Shown: in pieces, positions 1 through 9,419 of the stretch
How positions within the stretch are numbered: the first letter of the stretch is position 1
Layout of the letters: each line of letters begins with the position of its first letter
Position numbers and translations under genes: made by a program
The notes under the pieces: generated by a model
Database searches by the model: none
The model's input: the letters and a program-made list of their open reading frames with translations, nothing else
What the model was told of the DNA's origin: nothing
IMG/VR virus record: IMGVR_UViG_3300017613_002335
DNA: 56,209 nt
Reading direction: 5' to 3' (one strand)
From: a virus

Positions 1-121
1 AGGAACCTTTGAAAATAAAGATTTGTTAAAAGGGGTTGGTGCAAGGTGGAAACAAAAACAATGGAGGTTTGATCATGACCCAACAAAAAATATCGCCAAG
101 GCACTCAGAGATAAACATGGA
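1..121. repeat. Terminal overlap copy 1 (identical to 56089-56209)
   Basis: Base-for-base identity over 121 nt. It lies inside an open reading frame. Confidence 0.97.
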
Positions 122-3100
122 ATATTACAACCAGATAGTGAAAAAACACCCGGAGATCGAGGAACAAGTGATGAAAATCTGGATGGACGATCACCCGGGG
201 TGGCCGGATCTGTTAGAAAAAAGGGAACCCACAAAATGGGAACTCTTGATGATCCTGAAAGGTATGTCCAAACAGACACAATAGCTGCGATCAACAAAGG
301 GAAAGAATTCGGAATTCCCCAAAAAGTTTTAAACGAACAAGTCGATGATATTGCAAGGATAGTAAAAGCGCATAATGAAAAGACCGGCATTTTTCTCCTT
401 GCGAATGAGGCTGGTACAGGAAAGTCATTTGTACTTGGTGGTGCTATGCAGGAATTGCAGCGCAATGGTGCAAAAAAGATACTCTATGTGACGATGAATA
501 ATGGATTGGTCAACCAACTCAAGAAAGATCTTTCCGCATTTGATATAAAAAATGTTGAATTCATCACATACGCGAAACTACGCAAAACGACTCCAGCATC
601 GTATGACGCATTGATTTTTGATGAGAGTCAAAATATTAAAAATGTGAAATCCGCTGTCGGGAAAAGAGCAAACCTTTTCATTGAACAGTCAAAATTTTCA
701 ATATTTGCTTCAGCCACACCATTTGAAAACCCAGTTGAGGCCGCATACCTTGAACCGACAAATATTTTTTTTAGTGGTCATTGGGACTGGGCAATTGACC
801 ATGGTGCATACACCAGCCAGTTCAGAAACAACAAGTTTTTGGTTTGGCCTGGTCAGGGTTCTGAACAAAACGCTATTGATGCAAGGAACTGGCTTATAGA
901 TAAAGGTGTGATGACTCAGCGAGACATGCAACTTGATCCTAAAACATCAGAAGTCAAAGTAAGTAAAGTCTCGGTTGATGCTGATTATGTGAGTATGTAT
1001 ACCAGCATAACAAATGCTTTTGATTATGCGATGGATAATCTCCCTGGTAAACAAAAGGGGCAATTGGCAGCTTATGGTGTGAACCTTAGAAAACGGATAC
1101 TTGAGGCAAGTAAACTTGACCAGGCTATCGCCGCTGCTAAATCTGCAATAAAGGAAGGCCGAAACCCAATTATTTTTGTTGAAACTAAAGCTGAACGGCG
1201 GATTGATACGGACAGTATTATTACAGCATATGATATGTGGGAACAAACACCACGGGATTTGCGAGATAAAAAACCTCCATATAGCAAAGTAACATATAAC
1301 GCAGCGAAGGCAATCCAAGATGCAGGGTTTGATGTCCTTACCTTAGAACCAACACAATCAAAAATTGTTGAAGCATTCGGTGAAGAAAATGTAGCTATAT
1401 ACACTGGCGCGGTTAGTGATATCAAGGCTCATAAGAACTTATCACAATGGCGTAAGGGGAACAAAAAGGTTTTGGTTGCAACTATGGCAAAAGGCGGCAC
1501 TGGGCTCAGTCTTCATGACACAGTCGGTGATCATCCTACAACCCAAATAAATTTAAATCTCCCATGGAAAGCAAGCGGTGTTGCCCAGGTTTCCGGTAGA
1601 TCAGCCCGATATGGGGTTGTTGGGAAACCCAAAACCGTTTGGATTTATGCCAAGAATATAGAGTTTGACAACGATTTGGCATCGCGTGTAACCCAACGCA
1701 TGAAAGACATGGGCGCGACGGTTAAGGGAGATATACCAGGGTTAGCGAAGGAGTTTGAGGATGCGTCTGGGGATGGTCGGGGTGAGAAGACAACAATCCG
1801 GGAAGCAATAGGGAAGACAAATACCAAGGTAACATCAGAAGACGGTAGGGCATATATTCTTGAAGATCTTGTTACAGGTATTTACAAAGCAGGGATGTCC
1901 CTTAAAGATTTTTCAGGAAAAGTTGCTGGTAAACTTGGTAGCGCATACAAAAAGGTAAAAGATGCTGTTGTCAAGATGTATCACGCGATCAACGCCCATC
2001 TTGATACATTTACATCTGGTTCTTCTGTTGGGGCTTTGACTTTATATCGAAAAGATGGGACAAGACCTCAATACCAAACCTTGAACCAATCCCCTGAAAA
2101 CCATTCCCCGTGGTATTCCAAAATGCGGGAAACCCTTAGTAAAAAACTCAATAATGCCCCTGCAAAAATGATGAAATCTCAAGTTAATTCATGGGCTAAA
2201 AAGGGCATGTTCAAGAAAGAAGAACTTGAATGGTCTGGATTGAATGAATGGCTTGATTCTAAAAAAGGTAAGGTCACAAAACAAGAAGCTCTTGATTATC
2301 TTGATCAGAATCAGGTTCAGGTTGAGGAAGTTGTTAAGGGTGAAAATTTGAGTGAAAGATCTTTAGCACATGAAGAAATATCACTATACGTTAACGATGA
2401 ACTTGGAGACGGTCTTTATTTTGATGATAGAGGGCCAGAAGGGTATAGTTACATAATTGAAGAAGATAAAGATGGTAACCTTGGAGAAGTAGTCCATGAA
2501 GGTTATGCAGACGAAATTGCCGAAAGCTTAAATTTAGAAATAAGAACCCCGGAAGAACAAACAAAATTCTCAGACTACCAACTCCCCGGAGGCAAAAAAT
2601 ACAAAGAGATTTTACTGACGTTGCCATCTAAATCCGGATTAAAAAAACTCACAGGCTTTAATAGCATATCAGAAGCAAGTAAAAGAGCAGAAAAATTAAA
2701 ACAAGATTACAAATCCCCCCATTGGGACGAACCAAATGTATTAGCCCATGTCCGAATGTCAGAGCGTGAGATTGATGGTAAAAAAGTCCTGCATGTTGAG
2801 GAAATCCAAAGTGACTGGCACCAAAGAGGTAGGGAGAAAGGGTATGCGTCAGGACCATTAGCTGAACTACCAAAAGATACCCGTGTCTATTCAAAAAATA
2901 TGGCGATTAATGCCAAGACAATCCGTAATAACTTCAAAAAACACTATGACACTGTAATTGATGGGTTGAGTAAAGTGTATGACGGATTGTCAGAATCCGA
3001 GCAAAAAAAGATAGAAAAACTTGATGATGCTGTTCAAGATTATTTTGATAAAGATCCAAATACTGAAAATGTAGGGGACCCAATACTATTTGTTGAATGG

Positions 3101-6100
3101 GCAAACAAAGTCAAACCAGGGACATTCTCAGACGAGTTTATAAATCCAGTTAGAAAGACTAAAAAATGGTTTGTTAAAGGCCCAGGCAAATATTCACGGG
3201 GTAGTAGAAGTTTGATAGATTCTGCCGGTGATGTCATTATAGGTAGGGGTAGGAGTGAGAATGAAGCAGTAAAAGATGCTCTTAAAAATGTAAATGACTA
3301 TAACATTTCACAATCTACACCCAACGCCCCATTCAAAAAAACATGGCCCATGCTCGCTTTTAAACGGATGGTCAGATACGCAGCGGAGAACGGGTTTGAT
3401 ACTATTGCTTGGACTCAAGGTACAGAACAGGCTGATCGGTATGATTTGAGTAAGCACATAGAGGAAATTTTATATTTCACCCCGGGACCCGGTAAAGTTA
3501 GAATGGATATTCAAACTATTGACGGGGAACGCATAAACTCTTTCGATGAACTAATGACTTTTGAAGAAGCTGAAGATGTTGTTGGTAAAGAAATTGTTCA
3601 AAAAATGCAGAATAGTGAAGGTGACAAAAAACGCCATGGGGAGAGATCTTTGTCAGGTATCGATCTCAAAGTAGGCGGCGAAGGAATGCTTGCCTTCTAT
3701 GACAAGATCCTACCCGCCGAAGTAAATAAATTCTTCAATAAAAAAGCATGGGGTAAGTCTCGGGTCGGGGAGATTGATGTTTTTACAAATGAGGCATATG
3801 AAGACTCAGATTATGCAGAATTAGATGATTTGACAAGGAAAATTGCTAAAGAAAAAGGGGAGCTTGAAACTCTACATGCTTTAGAAATAACCAAAGAAAT
3901 GAAATCCAAATCCCTGAAAGAAGGCATGCCCTTATTCCAAGGCAAGTCAATTGACAAAACTGGGGAAAATGCTAAACTATCAGGCAAAGAAAAACTAAAA
4001 GCCCTATTTCAATCAAAGAAGGATAAGAAAGATGCCCTGCGTAAAAGTAAACGGGATAAGGTATTATCTAAAACCGGAAGCATTACAAGACAAAGACTTT
4101 ATGCAGCGATTGAAAACATCGGGGATGCCTCAAAAGCAAAAATCACAATCCCTGCCAACCGAAAACAAAAAACCCTTAACAAACTTGGAAAAGCACTCGG
4201 ATTAAAAACAGTATTCTTTAAAACCTCTGATCCAGATACCAATATAACAGGATTTACCTACCCCGGCACAGATCAATTATTTATCAATCTTTCATCCGGT
4301 GTTCCAGAAATTGGTATACTCGGTCATGAAGTAACCCACCAGATAAAGAACAATCACCCTGACCTTTACGATTATCTTGTTAGCGAATTTGAAAATAATA
4401 AAAAAGATTATTTCCTTTACGCTGCTACAGAACAAACCAATCGTGAACTTGCGAACCTGCCCAAATTATCAGAAGCGGATTTGCTTGAGGAATTTATAGG
4501 CGATTTTGCAGGGGATAGCTTTCAACGTCCTGAATTCTGGTCAAAGTTAAATCAAAAATCTCCTTCAATGTCTCAGAAGTTATTCAGCGCAATTAAAAAA
4601 GTTGTGGCTAAAATCAAATCATTTATAACCAGAGCGGAACAGTATGTGGTTGATATTGATAAGGCTCAAGGTGCTATTGCTCATGCTATGAGTGAGGCTA
4701 TTAATCGTGGAAATGGCTTGAAAACTAAGCCGAATAGTGGTAGCAAGTTTTCAGTGACAGATAAAAAGGGGAAGGGCAACATATCCACTGAATCAAACCC
4801 CGTTACGCCCGCTGGTGGAGTGAAATTCAAGAAAATAAAAGACATCCCTATAGAGGACGGCCAAATTCACATTCGTTTTTCAGATAGGATAAGCGATGAT
4901 TTAGAAAGGGGTTGGTCTGGATTTATGGGGGAGAGAGCAGACAATTCCCCTGAGGGTGCAGTTCAACAAGATTTCGGGCAAAGTTTAAAATTTGAAGAAA
5001 TTCACGAAGATTTATATCATTTTTTTGGGGAAGGTGGTGAAAAGCTAGGAGAAGTCAGAAAAGACCCACATACCAAAGAATGGGTTCACGTTGACCATGA
5101 CGGTGTTGCAGGTTTTGATCTAGATGCTGGAAAATATGGTTCAACATTAAGCGATATTATAACTAATTTAGAAAAAGATTCATATGCTTCTTGGTCTTTT
5201 GGTTCATCAAGCGACAGTGGAAAAATATGGAAAGAAGATAACCCAATAACGCTTTATTCTGGTAGTATTGGCGACAATAAAGATATAAACATCATCCTCA
5301 CTGGTGCATCTAAAAAAACAAGAGATAAATTTCTATCCCCTAAACCATCCAGCACACCGGGCGCAGGTGTGCAAAGTAGTACCTCCTCCTTCCAAACAGT
5401 CAAGAACACAGCAACCAAGGCATTTAAAAAATGGAGTAAAGGGCTTAAAGATAATGGCAAATATAAAACAGGAGAACCGGTTTTATTAAAAGCATCTCAT
5501 GGAAGTTTTTCAGCAGGTGGTTTAAACAAGTTTAGTGCAGAAATGACCGGAAGTGGGATATACGGGAGTGCTGAAAATAATAGAATCGGGCATTATTTCA
5601 CAACAGATCGGTATATTGCATCTGAATATGCGACAGGTTACGATGTAGAAAATCTGAATCAAGAAGATGAATATGACGAATTTCTTCATGATAGTATTTT
5701 AGATGGAGAGATTGTTGAAGGTGCTGGGATTATAGATGCGCACATCAGGCTCGACAACCCTTATGTTATTTCTGGTAAAAAGTTTTCTAAATTTGTTGAG
5801 GGAAAAACAAAAGATGTAGATAGCCTTATCTCTGTATTGGATAATGGTGGTCATGATGGTGTCATAGTGGTCTGGTCTGACAAGTCTCCATCAGCTAAGA
5901 TATTATACAAAGAAGCTTACGATAAAAATATAAAAGTGATGCAAAAGGCGTATGAAAAAGCATCTATTAAGCAACAGAAACATTTAGAAATGGTAGATCA
6001 TATTTTCCATCAATGGATGGAAAAAGAAAGAGCAGATGAACTCCCAGATGTCGTGAGGGAAAATTTTAAGATAATAAATAAAAATGACATCTTCAAAGGG

Positions 6101-9100
6101 TTAAGTGTAGACGAGTCTGCTAAAGAATATTTATCAGGAGAAGACAAATGGATAATTGTACGTCCAGATGCAGCGAATAACGCCCAAATAAAATCCATCC
6201 ACAACAAAGGCACATGGGATAAAAACAACCCTGATATCAGGTATCAAACCTCCGAAGATCTTGGACACGATGGTTTTTCAATAGAGGACAATTCAAGCTT
6301 TGTTGAAGATTTCAAGCATAATATTGTTGATGAGCTTAGTCCGGTATCAAAGCTTTACAAAGCAATTAAAAAGGATATCCCAGAAGCCGCAGACTTTAGA
6401 TTAAAGGAACAATTAAGAGTCAGTAAAGCCAAGGGTGATATCGATAAAGCAGAAGAAAAATATTTCAAGCCAATCAAGCAACTTATTGGCCTTGGGAAAC
6501 TAACCGTGGAGTTGGTTGACGAGTTCCTTTATGCCCGTCATGCACCAGAGGCCAATGCCAGGTTAAGGTTGACCAATGCGCGGCATTACCTGAGAAAGCT
6601 GGCAGATGCACAAAGAGGGGACAGCCTCAAAAATAAGATTGCAGAAATGGACGCTGATTTTGAGTTGATGCAATTCCCAACCAATGAGATTCAGGAGAGT
6701 TATTTAGACCTCCTAGAATCTGAATTGGGTACAATTGAAGAAACCTTTGCAGCTGCCAACCAAAAATTAATGAGGGCTGAATCAAAGCTTGATTCTCCAC
6801 TATCTGAAAGCCAGATTGAAAAAGCTGAAAAATCGATAGCATATCATAAAAAGATAGTTGATAAGATCGATAGAGAATTCGATGTCAGAGACAAATGGGA
6901 AACTTTTAGCGCGAAACCTTCAGGCATGACTGACGGCCACATTGACCCAAGAGACAATGAAGCCAAAGAGATTTCTGACAAGTGGAAAGACAACAAAACC
7001 ATGGCTAAAATTGCAAAGCTGTACGACGCAATGAACGCTGAAGGTCTTGAAATATCCCATGATGCAGGCCGACTGTCAGATGAAGAATATAATGCTATCA
7101 AGGGTACTTTCGATTATTATGCTCCACTGTTCAGGGAAGGGTATGAAAAGAAACGCGCTTTTAAAGGTATCGGGGGTGGTGTCACAAATTTAGGTTCTGA
7201 TGTAAATCCCAGGGGCGGGTCCACAAAAAGAGCGGTCCATCTTCTGGCGAATGGTTTTGTGAATCATGAGAAAAAAATCATAAATGCCAAAAAAGCAGAG
7301 GTCGCATCGGCTTTTATCAAGTTCATAAAAATGAACCCGAACAAAGACTTCCTGAGTTTTGAAGAACCCAAAACAGTCGCTACATATGACGGGTCAGGTA
7401 ATATCGAAAGAAGGCCAGCGTTTTTTATTGGTAAGGACGAACCAAAGATAAAAGTTAAAACTGATGGTAAGGTTTATATAGTCTCAGCCAGTCCAAACAA
7501 TATACATGCCATGCGGATACTTGATATTATCCAGGGGAATGATCACAATTCAGGTCCGATTGTAAATGCTTTGGGTAAATTAAACCGAAGACTTGCCGCA
7601 GTAAACACCACATGGAACCCTGAATTTATTTTCTCTAACCTTGCGCGTGACCTTCAAACCGCTGCTTTTAATTTGACCGATACAGAAGTATCGAACATGA
7701 GGAAAACGATATTTAAGAATGTCCCAAAAGCTATGAAGGGTCTTTACAGTTCCATGCAGGGTGACGGCTCCCATGAGTGGGTGAGTATAGTCAAGCGATA
7801 CGAATCATCCGGGGCAAAGATAGGCTGGATCGATTACGGTAAGGATATTGAAACAAAGGCCGCGAAACTTGAAAGCCAGATAGATTTATTCCGGGAAGGA
7901 CATAAGACCAAAAAAGCGGCCGCTAAATTGGTTGAGCTTGTCGAGGACTATAACTCGATTGTTGAAAATGCGGTCAGGCTGTCCACATTTAAGGCCGGTA
8001 TTGATTCTGGTATGTCAGAGGCAAAGGCCGCAATCATGGCAAAGGGTTTGACTGTAAACTTTAACCAGAAAGGTGCTTACGGCCCTGTCATAAATAGTCT
8101 TTACCTTTTTGCAAATGCAGGCATCCAGGGATCAACCCGGATTTTTAAAACGATTAAAAATAACCCTAAGAAAATGGCTAAAATTTTGGGTGGCACCATG
8201 GGGCTGGCAACCATATTGGCCATTGCGAATAGGTCACTGGGCGGCGATGATGAAGACGATATACCATACTATGATCAGGTTGACGATTACCTGAAAGCAA
8301 GAAACATGATCTTTATGATACCCGGGACTAAGGGTAAGTATGCTAAAATACCATTGCCCTGGGGATATAATGTATTCTGGGCGTTAGGTACTGAGATTGG
8401 TGATCTTGCGATAAAAGATGATTATAGCCCACTGGATGGTGCAAGCCGAATGTTAGCAACTGCCCTGGATGCATTTAACCCGTTGCAATCTGCTACTGTC
8501 CTGCAAACTTTATCGCCAACCGTCGGAGATCCGTTTGTCCAGGTTGGTGAAAACAAAACATTTTTTGGTTCTCCATTAATGCCAGAGGGCAACCCGTTTT
8601 CACGAACACCAGAACCAGACTCTGAAAAATACTGGGGATCTGTCAGACCAACATCTAAGATGCTGGCCAAAGCTGCGAATACAATCAGCGGTGGAAATAA
8701 AGTAAAACCCGGCATGGTTGATGTGTCTCCCGAAACGCTTGATTTAGTCTGGGACACTTTTACAGGCGGGGCCGGACGATTCCTATCGGATACAGTTTCC
8801 CTGCCAATCAGGGCGTTGTCCGGGGATCTAAAGACTTCAAAAATACCTGGGCTTAGAAGAGTTTTGGGCTCTCAATCAGAATATAAAGTCACAACTGATT
8901 ATAGATCTAACATAACCTATATATATAGATTGCATGAACAGGCAAAAGAGTATCCGGCAAAGAAAAAGAAATTACGCAAGAATAAAGTGTACACGCTTTA
9001 TACATCTGCGAAAAAATATGAATCGAGAATAAAAAAACTGAACACCCTTTTAAAACGGGCAAAAACCGAAAAAGGAAAAGAGAAAATTAAAAAACGGATA

Positions 9101-9154
9101 GAAAAGTTAAAACGGGCATTCAATAAAAAGGTTATCTTACGGAGGGCTTCTTGA
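1..9154 (+). CDS. Giant virion polyvalent protein, C-terminal part (continuation of 52601..56209 across the circular junction)
   Basis: Same frame as 52601 and open from base 2. ORF-track entry 23..9154 is only the portion after an internal TTG. Motifs: NEAGTGKS (404-427), FDESQNIKN (617-643), ATMAKGGTGLSLHD (1478-1519), EEIQSDWHQRGREKGY (2798-2845), HEVTH (4325-4339), H..Y..E-like block (5470-5890), hydrophobic helices (8090-8420), Lys/Arg-rich tail (8940-9151). Confidence 0.85.
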   Translation, partial: GTFENKDLLKGVGARWKQKQWRFDHDPTKNIAKALRDKHGILQPDSEKTPGDRGTSDENLDGRSPGVAGSVRKKGTHKMGTLDDPERYVQTDTIAAINKGKEFGIPQKVLNEQVDDIARIVKAHNEKTGIFLLANEAGTGKSFVLGGAMQELQRNGAKKILYVTMNNGLVNQLKKDLSAFDIKNVEFITYAKLRKTTPASYDALIFDESQNIKNVKSAVGKRANLFIEQSKFSIFASATPFENPVEAAYLEPTNIFFSGHWDWAIDHGAYTSQFRNNKFLVWPGQGSEQNAIDARNWLIDKGVMTQRDMQLDPKTSEVKVSKVSVDADYVSMYTSITNAFDYAMDNLPGKQKGQLAAYGVNLRKRILEASKLDQAIAAAKSAIKEGRNPIIFVETKAERRIDTDSIITAYDMWEQTPRDLRDKKPPYSKVTYNAAKAIQDAGFDVLTLEPTQSKIVEAFGEENVAIYTGAVSDIKAHKNLSQWRKGNKKVLVATMAKGGTGLSLHDTVGDHPTTQINLNLPWKASGVAQVSGRSARYGVVGKPKTVWIYAKNIEFDNDLASRVTQRMKDMGATVKGDIPGLAKEFEDASGDGRGEKTTIREAIGKTNTKVTSEDGRAYILEDLVTGIYKAGMSLKDFSGKVAGKLGSAYKKVKDAVVKMYHAINAHLDTFTSGSSVGALTLYRKDGTRPQYQTLNQSPENHSPWYSKMRETLSKKLNNAPAKMMKSQVNSWAKKGMFKKEELEWSGLNEWLDSKKGKVTKQEALDYLDQNQVQVEEVVKGENLSERSLAHEEISLYVNDELGDGLYFDDRGPEGYSYIIEEDKDGNLGEVVHEGYADEIAESLNLEIRTPEEQTKFSDYQLPGGKKYKEILLTLPSKSGLKKLTGFNSISEASKRAEKLKQDYKSPHWDEPNVLAHVRMSEREIDGKKVLHVEEIQSDWHQRGREKGYASGPLAELPKDTRVYSKNMAINAKTIRNNFKKHYDTVIDGLSKVYDGLSESEQKKIEKLDDAVQDYFDKDPNTENVGDPILFVEWANKVKPGTFSDEFINPVRKTKKWFVKGPGKYSRGSRSLIDSAGDVIIGRGRSENEAVKDALKNVNDYNISQSTPNAPFKKTWPMLAFKRMVRYAAENGFDTIAWTQGTEQADRYDLSKHIEEILYFTPGPGKVRMDIQTIDGERINSFDELMTFEEAEDVVGKEIVQKMQNSEGDKKRHGERSLSGIDLKVGGEGMLAFYDKILPAEVNKFFNKKAWGKSRVGEIDVFTNEAYEDSDYAELDDLTRKIAKEKGELETLHALEITKEMKSKSLKEGMPLFQGKSIDKTGENAKLSGKEKLKALFQSKKDKKDALRKSKRDKVLSKTGSITRQRLYAAIENIGDASKAKITIPANRKQKTLNKLGKALGLKTVFFKTSDPDTNITGFTYPGTDQLFINLSSGVPEIGILGHEVTHQIKNNHPDLYDYLVSEFENNKKDYFLYAATEQTNRELANLPKLSEADLLEEFIGDFAGDSFQRPEFWSKLNQKSPSMSQKLFSAIKKVVAKIKSFITRAEQYVVDIDKAQGAIAHAMSEAINRGNGLKTKPNSGSKFSVTDKKGKGNISTESNPVTPAGGVKFKKIKDIPIEDGQIHIRFSDRISDDLERGWSGFMGERADNSPEGAVQQDFGQSLKFEEIHEDLYHFFGEGGEKLGEVRKDPHTKEWVHVDHDGVAGFDLDAGKYGSTLSDIITNLEKDSYASWSFGSSSDSGKIWKEDNPITLYSGSIGDNKDINIILTGASKKTRDKFLSPKPSSTPGAGVQSSTSSFQTVKNTATKAFKKWSKGLKDNGKYKTGEPVLLKASHGSFSAGGLNKFSAEMTGSGIYGSAENNRIGHYFTTDRYIASEYATGYDVENLNQEDEYDEFLHDSILDGEIVEGAGIIDAHIRLDNPYVISGKKFSKFVEGKTKDVDSLISVLDNGGHDGVIVVWSDKSPSAKILYKEAYDKNIKVMQKAYEKASIKQQKHLEMVDHIFHQWMEKERADELPDVVRENFKIINKNDIFKGLSVDESAKEYLSGEDKWIIVRPDAANNAQIKSIHNKGTWDKNNPDIRYQTSEDLGHDGFSIEDNSSFVEDFKHNIVDELSPVSKLYKAIKKDIPEAADFRLKEQLRVSKAKGDIDKAEEKYFKPIKQLIGLGKLTVELVDEFLYARHAPEANARLRLTNARHYLRKLADAQRGDSLKNKIAEMDADFELMQFPTNEIQESYLDLLESELGTIEETFAAANQKLMRAESKLDSPLSESQIEKAEKSIAYHKKIVDKIDREFDVRDKWETFSAKPSGMTDGHIDPRDNEAKEISDKWKDNKTMAKIAKLYDAMNAEGLEISHDAGRLSDEEYNAIKGTFDYYAPLFREGYEKKRAFKGIGGGVTNLGSDVNPRGGSTKRAVHLLANGFVNHEKKIINAKKAEVASAFIKFIKMNPNKDFLSFEEPKTVATYDGSGNIERRPAFFIGKDEPKIKVKTDGKVYIVSASPNNIHAMRILDIIQGNDHNSGPIVNALGKLNRRLAAVNTTWNPEFIFSNLARDLQTAAFNLTDTEVSNMRKTIFKNVPKAMKGLYSSMQGDGSHEWVSIVKRYESSGAKIGWIDYGKDIETKAAKLESQIDLFREGHKTKKAAAKLVELVEDYNSIVENAVRLSTFKAGIDSGMSEAKAAIMAKGLTVNFNQKGAYGPVINSLYLFANAGIQGSTRIFKTIKNNPKKMAKILGGTMGLATILAIANRSLGGDDEDDIPYYDQVDDYLKARNMIFMIPGTKGKYAKIPLPWGYNVFWALGTEIGDLAIKDDYSPLDGASRMLATALDAFNPLQSATVLQTLSPTVGDPFVQVGENKTFFGSPLMPEGNPFSRTPEPDSEKYWGSVRPTSKMLAKAANTISGGNKVKPGMVDVSPETLDLVWDTFTGGAGRFLSDTVSLPIRALSGDLKTSKIPGLRRVLGSQSEYKVTTDYRSNITYIYRLHEQAKEYPAKKKKLRKNKVYTLYTSAKKYESRIKKLNTLLKRAKTEKGKEKIKKRIEKLKRAFNKKVILRRAS

Positions 9155-9419
9155 GTTTTTTACTAAACAAAGGTGACAGTGCAAAGTACCAGGCACAAGG
9201 AACAAGGAATAGCAGGGGCCAGATATGCCCAATGGCACCCAGTAATCCATATACTGCTATTGCAACTATTACAAAAGCGAGAATTTTGTATTCTTCATCA
9301 GAATGCAAAATGAATGCGACAGGGAACGAACCGAATAGGATAGCGATGAATAATATTTCTAAAATTAAATTGATGGTATCCCCTCTGAATTGTTTGAGCC
9401 CTAAGATTAACGATAACAC
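9132..9419 (-). CDS. Small multi-pass membrane protein, antisense to the late operon (possible moron)
   Basis: 95-aa ORF with three clear hydrophobic helices. It fills an otherwise 410-nt gap. GTG start, no obvious SD. It overlaps the 3' end of the giant gene by 23 nt. Confidence 0.5.
   Translation of the reverse strand: MLSLILGLKQFRGDTINLILEILFIAILFGSFPVAFILHSDEEYKILAFVIVAIAVYGLLGAIGHIWPLLFLVPCAWYFALSPLFSKKLKKPSVR

Noticed and set aside
1-121. The terminal repeat as a physical direct terminal repeat (DTR) of the virion DNA
   Set aside because: The repeat lies inside a continuous ORF, with the frame preserved across the junction, and the terminase is PBSX-like (headful type). An assembly overlap of a circular or permuted genome is the simpler explanation. 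Only read-terminus analysis can settle it.
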